Shown piece after piece: positions 50,518 through 60,057 of a stretch of DNA of 64,000 nt. The notes under the pieces were generated by a model that did no database searches, was not told the origin of the DNA, and saw only the letters and a program-made list of their open reading frames with translations. Position 1 is the stretch's first letter; each line of letters opens with the position of its first letter. A program made the position numbers and the translations under genes. Source of the DNA: Rothia sp. (in: high G+C Gram-positive bacteria) (lineage in GTDB: Bacteria; Actinomycetota; Actinomycetes; Actinomycetales; Micrococcaceae); NCBI GenBank assembly GCA_043424895.1, contig JBHWPN010000093.1, positions 2,832 through 66,831 on the forward strand. Reading direction: 5' to 3'.

Positions 50518-50631
50518 ATGCTTCGGATGGCACACTATTTCGCCAGCTGGCATGGGGCTGGCGTGAATCGCTTGCGAGCGCCCGCGCGAGCCAGCGAGAG
50601 GGACTGCTGGCGATAGTGTGCCTCGTAGCAT
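50518..50631 (+). repeat. Structured intergenic element, copy B (related to 31526-31610)
   Basis: Outer stem GGCACACTATTTCGCCAGC / GCTGGCGATAGTGTGCC encloses TGGCATGGGGCTGGCGTGAATC, an inner stem, and GAGAGGGACT. Confidence 0.7.
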
Positions 50632-50726
50632 GTGCTTGTCTAGCCTCGCTTTGTTAAATTCTCTCTTCTCGGATTCAAAGCCTATAGTTATAGATAGTTT
50701 GTATCTCCCTGTTGAAAGATTCACTG

Positions 50727-51548
50727 ATGAGCGATATCGCCACACCCTACGAAGATTTATTGGCTGAGATTATGCAAAACGGCGATGACAAGGGCGATCG
50801 TACCGGCACCGGTACCCGCAGTGTCTTCGGTCGTCAGATGCGGTTTGACTTGCGTGAGTCTTTTCCACTGATCACCACTAAGCGCGTTCACTTCAAATCG
50901 GTGGCTATTGAACTGCTGTGGTTCTTGCGAGGTGACTCCAACGTCAAGTGGTTGCAAGAACGCGGTGTTTCCATTTGGGATGAATGGGCAGATGAAGACG
51001 GTGAGCTTGGTCCTGTCTACGGGGTGCAGTGGCGTTCGTGGCCGGCAGGTCACGGAGAGACGATTGACCAAATTGCTAAGGTTATCGAGTCCTTGAAAAA
51101 TAACCCTAACTCGCGTCGTCATATTGTCTCAGCCTGGAACCCCGCAGAAGTTGACGATATGGCTCTGCCGCCCTGCCATGCGCTCTTTCAGTTCTACGTT
51201 CGTACCCGTGAAGACGGTACCCAAGAACTCTCGTGCCAGCTCTATCAGCGATCGGCTGACATGTTTTTGGGGGTTCCTTTCAACATTGCCTCCTACGCAC
51301 TGCTGACCCAGCTTATTGCTGAGGAAGTAGGGATGGTACCGGGTGAGTTCGTTTGGACTGGCGGCGACTGCCATATTTACTCCAACCACTTTGAGCAGGT
51401 CAAGGAGCAACTTTCTCGCACGCCTTACGAGTACCCTCAGTTGCGCATCAAAAATAAGAAATCCTCCATTTTTGAGTACGAGTTTGAAGACTTTGAGCTC
51501 GTTGATTACAAGCATCACCCCACCATCAAGGCTCCGATTGCGGTCTAG
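50727..51548 (+). CDS. thyA: Thymidylate synthase
   Basis: DRTGTGT, MALPPCH and [14 protein letters not shown] motifs. Confidence 0.97.
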   Translation: MSDIATPYEDLLAEIMQNGDDKGDRTGTGTRSVFGRQMRFDLRESFPLITTKRVHFKSVAIELLWFLRGDSNVKWLQERGVSIWDEWADEDGELGPVYGVQWRSWPAGHGETIDQIAKVIESLKNNPNSRRHIVSAWNPAEVDDMALPPCHALFQFYVRTREDGTQELSCQLYQRSADMFLGVPFNIASYALLTQLIAEEVGMVPGEFVWTGGDCHIYSNHFEQVKEQLSRTPYEYPQLRIKNKKSSIFEYEFEDFELVDYKHHPTIKAPIAV

Positions 51549-51550
51549 TT

Positions 51551-52123
51551 ATGTCAAAGATTTTGGGCGCCGTCTGGGCGCAAACAGAGAATAGAATTAT
51601 TGGACGCGACGGTGATATGCCGTGGTTCGCGCCTGAAGATTTAGCGCATTTTAAAGAAGTGACGCTGGGTGCTCCAGTCATTATGGGACGCAAGACGTGG
51701 GAGTCGTTTCCTGCCCGTTTTCGTCCTCTGCCGGGCCGGTTGAATATTGTGGTTACGAGCTCTGTCAGCGAGCCGGTAGAGCGCGATGGCGCGTGGTGGG
51801 TTTCTGATATCCCTACAGCTATCGAACATGCTTTGGCACACGAGCTAAGCTCTGAGACAGTGTGGATTATTGGCGGTGCCAATATTTACGAGCAGGCTAT
51901 GGCTTTGGAAAATATTGATGGTGTTTCGGGCGGGCGTCTGAGCTTAGTCGAGCGCACAGTGTTCACCGGAGAAATTCGCGGTGATGCCTCTGCTCCTGCC
52001 TTGGGCGCTGAATGGACTAGGACGTCAGTCACCGAAGATATAAAGTCTGAGCAGGGGTATCTGCTAGGCGATGACCAACAGAAATTACCGCTGGTTTATC
52101 GGTTTGAGTCCTTGCAACGTTAG
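51551..52123 (+). CDS. folA: Dihydrofolate reductase
   Basis: IGRDGDMPW, MGRKTWES, RPLPGR and IIGG motifs; follows thyA. Confidence 0.94.
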   Translation: MSKILGAVWAQTENRIIGRDGDMPWFAPEDLAHFKEVTLGAPVIMGRKTWESFPARFRPLPGRLNIVVTSSVSEPVERDGAWWVSDIPTAIEHALAHELSSETVWIIGGANIYEQAMALENIDGVSGGRLSLVERTVFTGEIRGDASAPALGAEWTRTSVTEDIKSEQGYLLGDDQQKLPLVYRFESLQR

Positions 52124-52264
52124 AAAGCGTTTTTCCGATCTCACAACGATTTTTTGGCGCTATAGGCACACTAAAATCGTGACGGACATCGCCTTTGTTG
52201 CGCTTTCGTTTCACAATAAGAAAGTGCAACTGCCATAACTGCTTACAAAAGCTAGACTGAAGAT

Positions 52265-53404
52265 ATGACTTTTACAACCGGTGACTCAGTAGGTTTTGTA
52301 GGCTACCGCGGCATGGTGGGCTCAGTGCTCATGAAGCGCATGCTCGAAGAAAATGATTTCGAGGGCATCACCCCCGTTTTCTTCTCAACTTCTCAGGCAG
52401 GTAAGCCCGCCCCCGCCTTTGATGGCGCGCTTGAAGAAAGCACCTTGCAGGATGCGCAGGACATTGAGGCGCTCGCCAAACTTCCTATCATTGTGACCGC
52501 ACAGGGTGGCGATTACACCAAAGACGTTCACACTAAACTGCGTGAACACGGCTGGGACGGGCTGTGGATTGATGCAGCATCAACCTTGCGCATGAACGAT
52601 GACTCCGTCATTGTGCTTGATCCTATCAACCGCGATGTAATTGACCGCGGGCTCGAATCCGGCGTTAAAGACTTCATCGGCGGCAACTGCACGGTTTCTT
52701 GCTTGTTGATGGGTCTGGGCGGTCTTTTCAAGCAGGGACTCGTTGAGTGGACCACCTCTATGACCTATCAGGCAGCTTCAGGCGGCGGCGCCCGTCATAT
52801 GCGTGAAGTCCTCAAGCAGTTTGGTGATCTTTCAGGCGCTGTCTCATCAGAACTAGCAGATCCCGCATCCGCCATTTTGGAGATTGATCGCAAGGTACTT
52901 GAAGCACAGCGCTCCGGTAACCTTGATACCACTCAGTTTGGAGTGCCTCTTGCCGGCTCCTTGATTCCTTGGATTGATGCTGATCTTGGCAACGGCCAGT
53001 CCAAAGAAGAGTGGAAGGCTGATGCCGAAACCAACAAGATTCTCGGTCTAAGCGAAGAAGAGCGCGTCATCATGGACGGGCTGTGCGTACGCATTGCAAC
53101 CATGCGCTCGCACTCTCAGGCGCTCACCATGAAACTCACCGAAGATCTCTCTGTCGAAGAGATTGAGAAGATTATCGATGAAGATAACCAGTGGTCAAAG
53201 GTTATTCCTAACACTAAAGAAGCGTCCATGGAAGGTCTCACTCCTGTGGCAGCTTCTGGCTCATTAGAAATTCCAGTAGGACGCATTCGCAAACTTGCGA
53301 TGGGCCCGCAGTACATCAGCGCTTTTACCGTAGGAGATCAGCTTCTCTGGGGCGCAGCTGAACCTGTGCGCCGTATGCTAAATATTGCCACCGGCACCCT
53401 GTAG
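52265..53404 (+). CDS. asd: Aspartate-semialdehyde dehydrogenase
   Basis: [25 protein letters not shown] and [11 protein letters not shown] motifs. Confidence 0.95.
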   Translation: MTFTTGDSVGFVGYRGMVGSVLMKRMLEENDFEGITPVFFSTSQAGKPAPAFDGALEESTLQDAQDIEALAKLPIIVTAQGGDYTKDVHTKLREHGWDGLWIDAASTLRMNDDSVIVLDPINRDVIDRGLESGVKDFIGGNCTVSCLLMGLGGLFKQGLVEWTTSMTYQAASGGGARHMREVLKQFGDLSGAVSSELADPASAILEIDRKVLEAQRSGNLDTTQFGVPLAGSLIPWIDADLGNGQSKEEWKADAETNKILGLSEEERVIMDGLCVRIATMRSHSQALTMKLTEDLSVEEIEKIIDEDNQWSKVIPNTKEASMEGLTPVAASGSLEIPVGRIRKLAMGPQYISAFTVGDQLLWGAAEPVRRMLNIATGTL

Positions 53405-53420
53405 AAGAGACAATAGGGGT

Positions 53421-53858
53421 ATGCCTCACGCGTCATCGCATACTGATACTGAAGTCGTTAGCACTGCTGACGACTTCAGTATTTTGCATTTCACAGTTAA
53501 TAAAGATTCTGATATTCCGCCGTACTCGCAGTTGCGTCGGGTGATCATTAGTGCCCGCGCACATGGAGAACTCAAAGCGGGAGACCGCCTGCCCCCGGTG
53601 CGCGTCCTTGCCACCGAGTTAAATATTGCGGTGAACACCGTGGCTAAAGCGTACAAAGAGTTAGAAGCTGCGGGTGTGATTGAAACTCATGGACGCGCGG
53701 GAAGCTTTGTTACTGCGGTAGACGCTACAGAGCATAGGGCCCATCAGCTCACCGCAGACTACGTTGCTGCCATGCGCGGTCTTGGCTTTGAAGATTCAGA
53801 AATACAATCAGTGTGCCGGCACGCGCTAGGTTTTGAACAAGTTCATCGCCAGGCCTAA
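53421..53858 (+). CDS. GntR-family regulator (short, YtrA-like)
   Basis: GDRLPPVRVLA...NTVAKAYKELE...GRAGSFV HTH. Confidence 0.88.
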   Translation: MPHASSHTDTEVVSTADDFSILHFTVNKDSDIPPYSQLRRVIISARAHGELKAGDRLPPVRVLATELNIAVNTVAKAYKELEAAGVIETHGRAGSFVTAVDATEHRAHQLTADYVAAMRGLGFEDSEIQSVCRHALGFEQVHRQA

Positions 53859-53880
53859 GACGTACTGAATCTTCTCTAGC

Positions 53881-54276
53881 CTATGAGTGGTAGTGCGTTC
53901 CTGTAGGGCAAAAATGGTCTTGTCGGTTACGCTTTTTCCAGATGCGATCGCGCTGCCGCACATGTCTTTCATACCGTTTTTGTTTGGCGGCATTCCAGGT
54001 AGCAAGCACTTTTTGTTTGCCCCATACATTGATACGGTGTGCCCAGTGGAACTCAGTACCCCACAAACCCATACCCATAAAAATAAACAGCCATCCAGGG
54101 CCGGGAGTCACCAGCATGATTATTCCCAGAAGCATCAAGATAGCACCCACAGTAATCACCAGGGTGCGGTAGAGCAATAACAGCGCCGGGTGGTGGTGCA
54201 AGAAGCGTCGAAGTCTACTCATCAGACGGTGCACGGCACCATCGGAACTACGCTCAAGTTCATGGTTGAGTCCCAC
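53881..54276 (-). CDS. TIGR02611/PGPGW-like membrane protein
   Basis: Two TM segments around LVTPGPGWL...EFHWA. Start is uncertain (GTG 54276 after a GGGGGA RBS, or ATG 54348). Confidence 0.75.
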   Translation of the reverse strand: MGLNHELERSSDGAVHRLMSRLRRFLHHHPALLLLYRTLVITVGAILMLLGIIMLVTPGPGWLFIFMGMGLWGTEFHWAHRINVWGKQKVLATWNAAKQKRYERHVRQRDRIWKKRNRQDHFCPTGTHYHS

Positions 54277-54353
54277 CCATCCCCCTTTACCTTGATTAAT
54301 TGCTGGTGAATCTGCCGGCTGTTGAAATAGTGGTCGCCTATCAAGCATAAGTT

Positions 54354-54398
54354 AAAAAAAGTTGTGTGGGAGAAAAACCCCACTTTTTCTCCCACACA
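54354..54398 (-). terminator. Intrinsic terminator (minus strand)
   Basis: TGTGTGGGAGAAAAA / TTTTTCTCCCACACA stem followed by T7 on the minus strand. Confidence 0.8.
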
Positions 54399-54656
54399 GT
54401 GTTACTGACAAGGAACACGCAAGACACCAGTCGCGGTCTGAGCCTTTATCTCGTGTTTATCAGTAAGTTTTCATGCAACGAGCACCCTGCCTCAGTTTCT
54501 AACAATTATTTCTCCGCGGGCATCGAAATTTAGACCGCCTGGGCACTGAAAAATCTTCTCCAGCACCTAGTCTCTCATCTGCCCTGAACTCTATCGACGA
54601 ACTGTGATGCCCCCTCTGCCCCTCGGGGTAGGAGGGCAAAAAAGAGCACTAGAGCT
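54354..54656 (-). ncRNA. Candidate ~300-nt small RNA
   Basis: No ORF; multiple stems; CATAAT -10-like box at 54663-54668 (minus strand); terminator at the 3' end. Confidence 0.4.
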
Positions 54657-54679
54657 CAAAGTATTATGGGTATGAGCAC

Positions 54680-54701
54680 TTGTTTACACCCGTGTAAACA
54701 A
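54680..54701. promoter_or_regulatory. Perfect palindrome, putative operator
   Basis: TTGTTTACAC-CC-GTGTAAACAA. Confidence 0.5.
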
Positions 54702-54888
54702 TTTGCACCCTTGACTCACTAAAACTGTCTATACCACTCAATAATTTTTGCGTATATTTTAAATATTTTCAAGACCTGACGATAAATTTTATTGGTCTGA
54801 CCACAGGATTATTTTATATTCAATTATCACTTTGACAAGCGCAAAGTATAGATTTTAGAATTAATCTTTAAATTTTGGAAAAGCACAC

Positions 54889-54925
54889 AAAAAAGAGGTT
54901 GCCCCCCAAGGGCAACCTCTTTTTT
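54889..54925 (-). terminator. Intrinsic terminator after murB
   Basis: AAAAAAGAGGTTGCCC / GGGCAACCTCTTTTTT. Confidence 0.88.
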
Positions 54926-54955
54926 ACTAAGACCGCGATGTACCTTGCAGGTAAC

Positions 54956-56053
54956 TTACTTGGTGAGACCGGTACCTACAATGACAGGCTCAGGCACAAG
55001 TTCGATGCCAAAGGACTCTTTAACACCATTGCGGATTGCGCTAGCAATTGCCATTAAATCCTCAGCGCTGGCCTCTCCACGGTTAGTAATCGCCAAAGTG
55101 TGCTTAGTCGATAGAGAAGCGCGTCCACCTGCAATTTTTGCGGCGTCGCCCTCAAGTCCATAGCCCTTTTCAAAACTAGCATTCTGGATCAGCCACGCTG
55201 CACTGAGCTTGATCTTGCCTTCCAGCACCTCTCCCGACGCGTTGGTTGCGGGGTAGGACGGTGCGTCAGCAGGTAACTGTTCTCGCACAGACTCATCAAC
55301 AATAGGGTTGGTAAAGAAGGATCCTGTGGAGTAAGTGTCGCGGTCGTTGGCATCCAAGACCATGCCTTTAGAGGCGCGGAGCTCAAGCACCGTCTCACGG
55401 ACCTTGCGGGAGTCAGCACGTTCACCCACTTCTACGCCCAAACGACGCCCTAGCTCAGCATAACGAACGGGTGCCGACAGCGTGCCGAAGGTGAATTGGA
55501 AATCTACCGTGAGCACTACATAGCGAGGAGAACCGTTCACGGTATTTTCTTTGAGCACCGAGTGACGGTAACTAAAATCTAAATCGGCGAGTGTAAAAGT
55601 TTTTACAGCTGCCTTTTCACGATCCCATGTACGTACGGCTGAGATAGTCTGAGCTACCTCAGCCCCGTAGGCGCCCACGTTTTGCACGGGTGTTGCGCCA
55701 ACGGTACCGGGAATACCAGAAAGAGCCTCTACACCAACCCACTCGTGTTCAATAGCATACTGAACAAAAGCATCCCAGTTATGACCTGCCTGCACTCGGA
55801 TATTAGCGCCACCGCATGCCGGCACCTCAGCATCACGAATGCCTTCGGAGGCGATGTGCACAACGGTGCCGTCAAAACCGGCATCGGAGACGATTAGATT
55901 AGAACCACCGCCGACAATCAACAGTTTCTCACCGGCTTCATCGGCAGCTTTTACGGCTTCGATGATTTCAGATTCACTGGTTGCACGAACATAATTTTTA
56001 ATGGGACCACCGACTGCAACAGTCGTCAGTTCGCTTAATAACATTTCACTCAC
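54956..56053 (-). CDS. murB: UDP-N-acetylmuramate dehydrogenase
   Basis: GGGSNL, GIPGTVGATPVQNVGAYG, GSFFTNP and KHTLAITN motifs. Confidence 0.95.
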   Translation of the reverse strand: MSEMLLSELTTVAVGGPIKNYVRATSESEIIEAVKAADEAGEKLLIVGGGSNLIVSDAGFDGTVVHIASEGIRDAEVPACGGANIRVQAGHNWDAFVQYAIEHEWVGVEALSGIPGTVGATPVQNVGAYGAEVAQTISAVRTWDREKAAVKTFTLADLDFSYRHSVLKENTVNGSPRYVVLTVDFQFTFGTLSAPVRYAELGRRLGVEVGERADSRKVRETVLELRASKGMVLDANDRDTYSTGSFFTNPIVDESVREQLPADAPSYPATNASGEVLEGKIKLSAAWLIQNASFEKGYGLEGDAAKIAGGRASLSTKHTLAITNRGEASAEDLMAIASAIRNGVKESFGIELVPEPVIVGTGLTK

Positions 56054-56071
56054 TCCCCCAGTTTATCTGGT

Positions 56072-57337
56072 TTAGGGTTTGTTGGGTTGATGGTGTGAAC
56101 TAGCCATCCTGCGATCGCTGCCTAAAGATTCAGAGTGTACGGGCTTATCATTCTTGAAAATCTCAAGATAACGGGTAAGCACCAGCGATGACACAACGAA
56201 AATCAGTACTGCTAACAGTCCGTGCCGGATACCAAAAGCTTCGCCTAACATCCCCAGCAAGGGTGGGCCACCCAAGAAAGCTGCGTAGCCGATTGTAGAG
56301 ACCACAGACACGCGAACGGCTGCCTTGACAGGGTCATCAGATGCGGCACTCATACCGGTGGGGAATCCTAACGATGCGCCTAGTCCCCAAATCACTAGAC
56401 CTACGAATCCGATAGCTGTGTTCGGTGCAAAGATAAAGATCACGAGGCCAAGAATTGCCAACGAGCAGGTCACCCGCAGAACGGTGATACGTCCGTGAGT
56501 GTTCAAAAAGCGAGTGCCGAGCAATCGTCCTGTTGTCATTGCTACAACGAAAGTGAAGTACCCGAGCGAACCAATTGTTGCCGTAGTCTCGTACTCGCGG
56601 GTAAGCGCAAGCGCGATCCAGTCATTTGCTGAGCCTTCAGCCAGAGCCATACCCATTACAAAGATGCCGATGAGGATGGTGTGTTTATCGCGCCAGGCGT
56701 CCTTCACCCTGTAGGACGAAACCTGCGCCATCATGGCGGTGCTGTCTTGCCCGTAATTCTCTGAGCGGCAGTGACGCAGTGAGTAGAGCACCAATATGAT
56801 AATGAGAACTGCCATATACAGCATATGCACACCAAAAGGTACACCAAAGAAGGTGTCTACGGTGCCAAGGGCTGCACCTACCACCGTGCCTATGGAGAAA
56901 AAACCGTGCATGATAGGGGTGACAAAGCGTCCTAATGCACGCTCAACTGCCACGCCCTGCACGTTCGAGGCAACATTAGATACCGCAATGCCTAAGCCCA
57001 TAATCATCAGTGAAAAAGCTGCCAGAGGGACGCTGGTAATACTTACAGCCAATCCCACCAGTACAGCGCCCACCGTGCCTAAAATATAGGATCCCAAAAT
57101 GCAGGCGCGGGCACCAAACTTAGACACCAAATAACCTGAAACCGACACCGCAGAGAACGATCCCACGGTCTGAGCTAAAAGCAACATTCCCATAGGGCCG
57201 GGGCTAAGATGTAGACCGTGCGAAATATCGTGCAATCGAGTCAACCATGATGAAGTGAGTAGACCGGATGCGAAGAAGATAATGAGCACAGCTCTGTACC
57301 AGGTTTTTATCTGCTGGTGAGTAAGGGTAGCTGTCAC
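56072..57337 (-). CDS. MFS transporter
   Basis: About 12 TM segments; AEGSANDW, MTTGRLLG and GYAAFLGGPP motifs. Confidence 0.88.
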   Translation of the reverse strand: MTATLTHQQIKTWYRAVLIIFFASGLLTSSWLTRLHDISHGLHLSPGPMGMLLLAQTVGSFSAVSVSGYLVSKFGARACILGSYILGTVGAVLVGLAVSITSVPLAAFSLMIMGLGIAVSNVASNVQGVAVERALGRFVTPIMHGFFSIGTVVGAALGTVDTFFGVPFGVHMLYMAVLIIILVLYSLRHCRSENYGQDSTAMMAQVSSYRVKDAWRDKHTILIGIFVMGMALAEGSANDWIALALTREYETTATIGSLGYFTFVVAMTTGRLLGTRFLNTHGRITVLRVTCSLAILGLVIFIFAPNTAIGFVGLVIWGLGASLGFPTGMSAASDDPVKAAVRVSVVSTIGYAAFLGGPPLLGMLGEAFGIRHGLLAVLIFVVSSLVLTRYLEIFKNDKPVHSESLGSDRRMASSHHQPNKP

Positions 57338-57534
57338 GACAAAGAGGCTTTCAGGTGCGAGATTGGTGTGGGAGAGTCTTTAAACTCTAGTGCAGTTAAA
57401 GGCACCTTTTCTAGTGCCTTTTGCAACGATTACTTCTGCGTGGGTGAGAGGTTCGTCGCGATAAAAGACCCCCACGTTTATGCCCCGCCACCGGTAAAAA
57501 CCAGTTGCGGGGCACAAATAGAGGGTTATGTGTG

Positions 57535-57993
57535 TTAGAGCTTTACCAGTGCTTGGGCTTTGACCAGGACTTTTTGGTCGTTACCCTCGGCATCCGGGGC
57601 ACTTACTGTAAGGTCAACTCGCGCAGTGCGCGCTTCTTCATCAAGAGCGCCAATCTTGCCACTGACAGAAATAACGTTGCCGCCGGTATTTGGCGCCTCG
57701 CCATCATGAGCATCAGCAACTGGCACGGGTTTAGTGAAGCGAGTCTGGTAGTCAACGATGGCGCCGGGGTCACCCACCCAGTCGGTGACAAGCTGAACGG
57801 CTGAACCCATCGTAAACATGCCGTGAGCAATTACGCCGGGCAGACCTACAGAAGTAGCAAACCGCTCATTCCAGTGAATGGGGTTAAAGTCGCCGGATGC
57901 GCCAGCATAGGTCACAAGGTCAGCACGGGTAACGGTAATCTCGCGGGTACCAATTTCCGTACCTTTTTCAAGGTCTTCAAAACGAATAGTCAT
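57535..57993 (-). CDS. MaoC-family dehydratase (HadB-like)
   Basis: YAGASGDFNPIHW and IAHGM hydratase motifs. Start set at MTIRF. Confidence 0.9.
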   Translation of the reverse strand: MTIRFEDLEKGTEIGTREITVTRADLVTYAGASGDFNPIHWNERFATSVGLPGVIAHGMFTMGSAVQLVTDWVGDPGAIVDYQTRFTKPVPVADAHDGEAPNTGGNVISVSGKIGALDEEARTARVDLTVSAPDAEGNDQKVLVKAQALVKL

Positions 57994-58000
57994 GCGAGCT

Positions 58001-58459
58001 CTACTCCCCTGCTCGTACCAGAAGTGAAGATACGCAGGTGGCAACCTTCTCTCCCGTAACGGTTGTAATTTCTTCGCGAGTGGTGAGCATAGCTCCTGCA
58101 CCCATCACACGCACATTGTCCACATGAACTTCGGTAACCAGCTCATCCCCTGCAATGATTGGACGGTGGTGGGTAAACCGTTGGTCTGCATGGACTACGC
58201 GAGAAAAATCGATACCGGCGCTTTCATCCTGAATCAAAGCAGCATCAGCCTTTTGCGCCAGGACGATAGCGAAGGTTGGCGGCGCCACCAAATCTACATA
58301 GCCAGCGTCCTGCGCGGCGTCCACGTCAAAGTGAATGGGCGAGGTCGCTTTCACTCCGCGGGCGAATTCGCGGATTTTCTCACGTCCCACCGAGTACATC
58401 TCGCTTGCCGGGTACACCCGTCCCACGATTTCGGGGTTAATTTCTTTAGTCTCTGCCAT
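58001..58459 (-). CDS. MaoC-like dehydratase partner subunit (HadA-like)
   Basis: VGREKIREFA, APPTF and VVHADQRF motifs. Confidence 0.88.
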   Translation of the reverse strand: MAETKEINPEIVGRVYPASEMYSVGREKIREFARGVKATSPIHFDVDAAQDAGYVDLVAPPTFAIVLAQKADAALIQDESAGIDFSRVVHADQRFTHHRPIIAGDELVTEVHVDNVRVMGAGAMLTTREEITTVTGEKVATCVSSLLVRAGE

Positions 58460-58564
58460 GTACTCAAGTATGTCATGCCCTCTCACCAGTGACCACGAAA
58501 CTCCCATATTCACCTGATTTATGAGGCATTTTTGGGAGTTTTGTGGTCACTCGTGAAAGAACTG

Positions 58565-59863
58565 CTACAACAGGGTCTTAGCGATGACTTCCCACACCTG
58601 TATCACACCCAAGATACCAAAGAATACCGTGGTAATAACCAGCAGAATATTGGTGATAAGAGTGTTGCGCCAGCGATCAGGGACGCGTTTGGTATTGAGC
58701 AGTTGCAACAAAGTCAAGGCTAAGAAGGGCATAAAGAGGGCACCCAGCACGCCATAGAGTAGAACCAAGAAGATAGGGCGGTCTAACAGAAGCAAACTCA
58801 TCGGCGGGAAAGTCAGCCACAGCAAAAAGAACTTGAAGTATTTGCCACCGGTGACGGTATCTGGATGCCCGTGTTCTTTACCGCGTAGATTTCCCCAGAA
58901 ATCTGCGAACATCAAAGAGACGCCAGACCACACGCCGATAACGGATGAGAAGGACGCTGCCCAGAATCCAACGAGGAAGAGGTTTCCAACGAGTGTGCCA
59001 TAGCGGTCTTTGAGTACATCTGCTAGATCAAGTAGACCCTTATCGCTACCTGATACAGCCAGACCCGCAGAATACAGAACTTCTACACCAATCACCAAGG
59101 TAGCAGCCACAAAGATGCCCGAGAGCACGTAAGCTACCGTATTATCCAGCTGCATCACGCGCATAAATCGGGGGCGATCCCACCCTTTTTCACGTAACCA
59201 GTACCCGTAGGCTGCCAAGGTGATGGTACCGCCCACGCCACCGCACAAAGCCAGCGTGTAGCTGAGTCCACCTTCAGGAATATACGGCACTAAACCTTTT
59301 AAGATATTGGGAAGGTTAGGCAGCGTGTAAATAGCCAAGCCTACAATCAGTAGGAACATCAGCCCCACCAAGACAGCGGTCAGTTTTTCCACTAAGTGGT
59401 ACTTACCGAACCACACCGTCACAAGACCTACCAGGCCCATCAGAATTGCCCACGTTTTCAGGTCGAAAAATGGGAAAAGAACAGCCAGCGGCATGGCAGA
59501 GGCGCTCATCGCTGTTGCCCCATAGATAAAGCCCCAAATAATGATGTAGGGACCAAAGTAGATAGATGTCCAGCGTCCAAGGGAGCGCCAGCCCTCAAAG
59601 ATAGTGCGACCGGTAGCTAAGGTATAGCGTCCTGCGCCTTCGACCAGAATAATTTTGAGCACTACGCCAAGGACGACCGCCCATAACAGGGTGTAGCCGT
59701 AGCGCGATCCCGCGACCAAAGTCGCTACGAGATCAGCAGCTCCGATGCCGGTAGCAGCAACAACTAGCCCGGGACCAATAATCTTATATTTTTTAACGTC
59801 TTCTACAGGCTCATTGGGGTCAACGAGCACCGGTGGGTATTTTTCAGCAGGTGTGCGGCTCAT
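58565..59863 (-). CDS. Nramp-family divalent metal transporter-like protein
   Basis: IGPGLVVAATGIGAADL, GSRYGYTLLW and GGVGGTIT motifs; many TM segments. Confidence 0.8.
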   Translation of the reverse strand: MSRTPAEKYPPVLVDPNEPVEDVKKYKIIGPGLVVAATGIGAADLVATLVAGSRYGYTLLWAVVLGVVLKIILVEGAGRYTLATGRTIFEGWRSLGRWTSIYFGPYIIIWGFIYGATAMSASAMPLAVLFPFFDLKTWAILMGLVGLVTVWFGKYHLVEKLTAVLVGLMFLLIVGLAIYTLPNLPNILKGLVPYIPEGGLSYTLALCGGVGGTITLAAYGYWLREKGWDRPRFMRVMQLDNTVAYVLSGIFVAATLVIGVEVLYSAGLAVSGSDKGLLDLADVLKDRYGTLVGNLFLVGFWAASFSSVIGVWSGVSLMFADFWGNLRGKEHGHPDTVTGGKYFKFFLLWLTFPPMSLLLLDRPIFLVLLYGVLGALFMPFLALTLLQLLNTKRVPDRWRNTLITNILLVITTVFFGILGVIQVWEVIAKTLL

Positions 59864-60022
59864 AGTTTTTCTTTCAAAGAGGAAAATGTGTTCTTCCAAT
59901 TGTTATACAGCACACATGATGAAATTATTTAATATCTACATGTTGAACCCTACTTATGAATCAGCCTAGGATGCGCCAACTCAAGTGCGACCACCCCATA
60001 GATAGAGATAAAAGCAGACAAC

Positions 60023-60057
60023 AAAAATCCGCTCAGTCCTAAAACTGAACGGATTTT
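60023..60057 (-). terminator. Terminator after the tRNA cluster
   Basis: AAAATCCGCTCAGT / ACTGAACGGATTTT. Confidence 0.75.

Noticed and set aside
50540..50612. Superficial similarity of element copy B to HDV-like ribozyme, c-di-AMP or TPP riboswitch words
   Set aside because: I could not build the required pseudoknots or find the other conserved segments by eye; left as an unclassified motif.
59960..59985. Possible DtxR/MntR operator upstream of the Nramp gene
   Set aside because: Too weak a match to the palindromic consensus to support.
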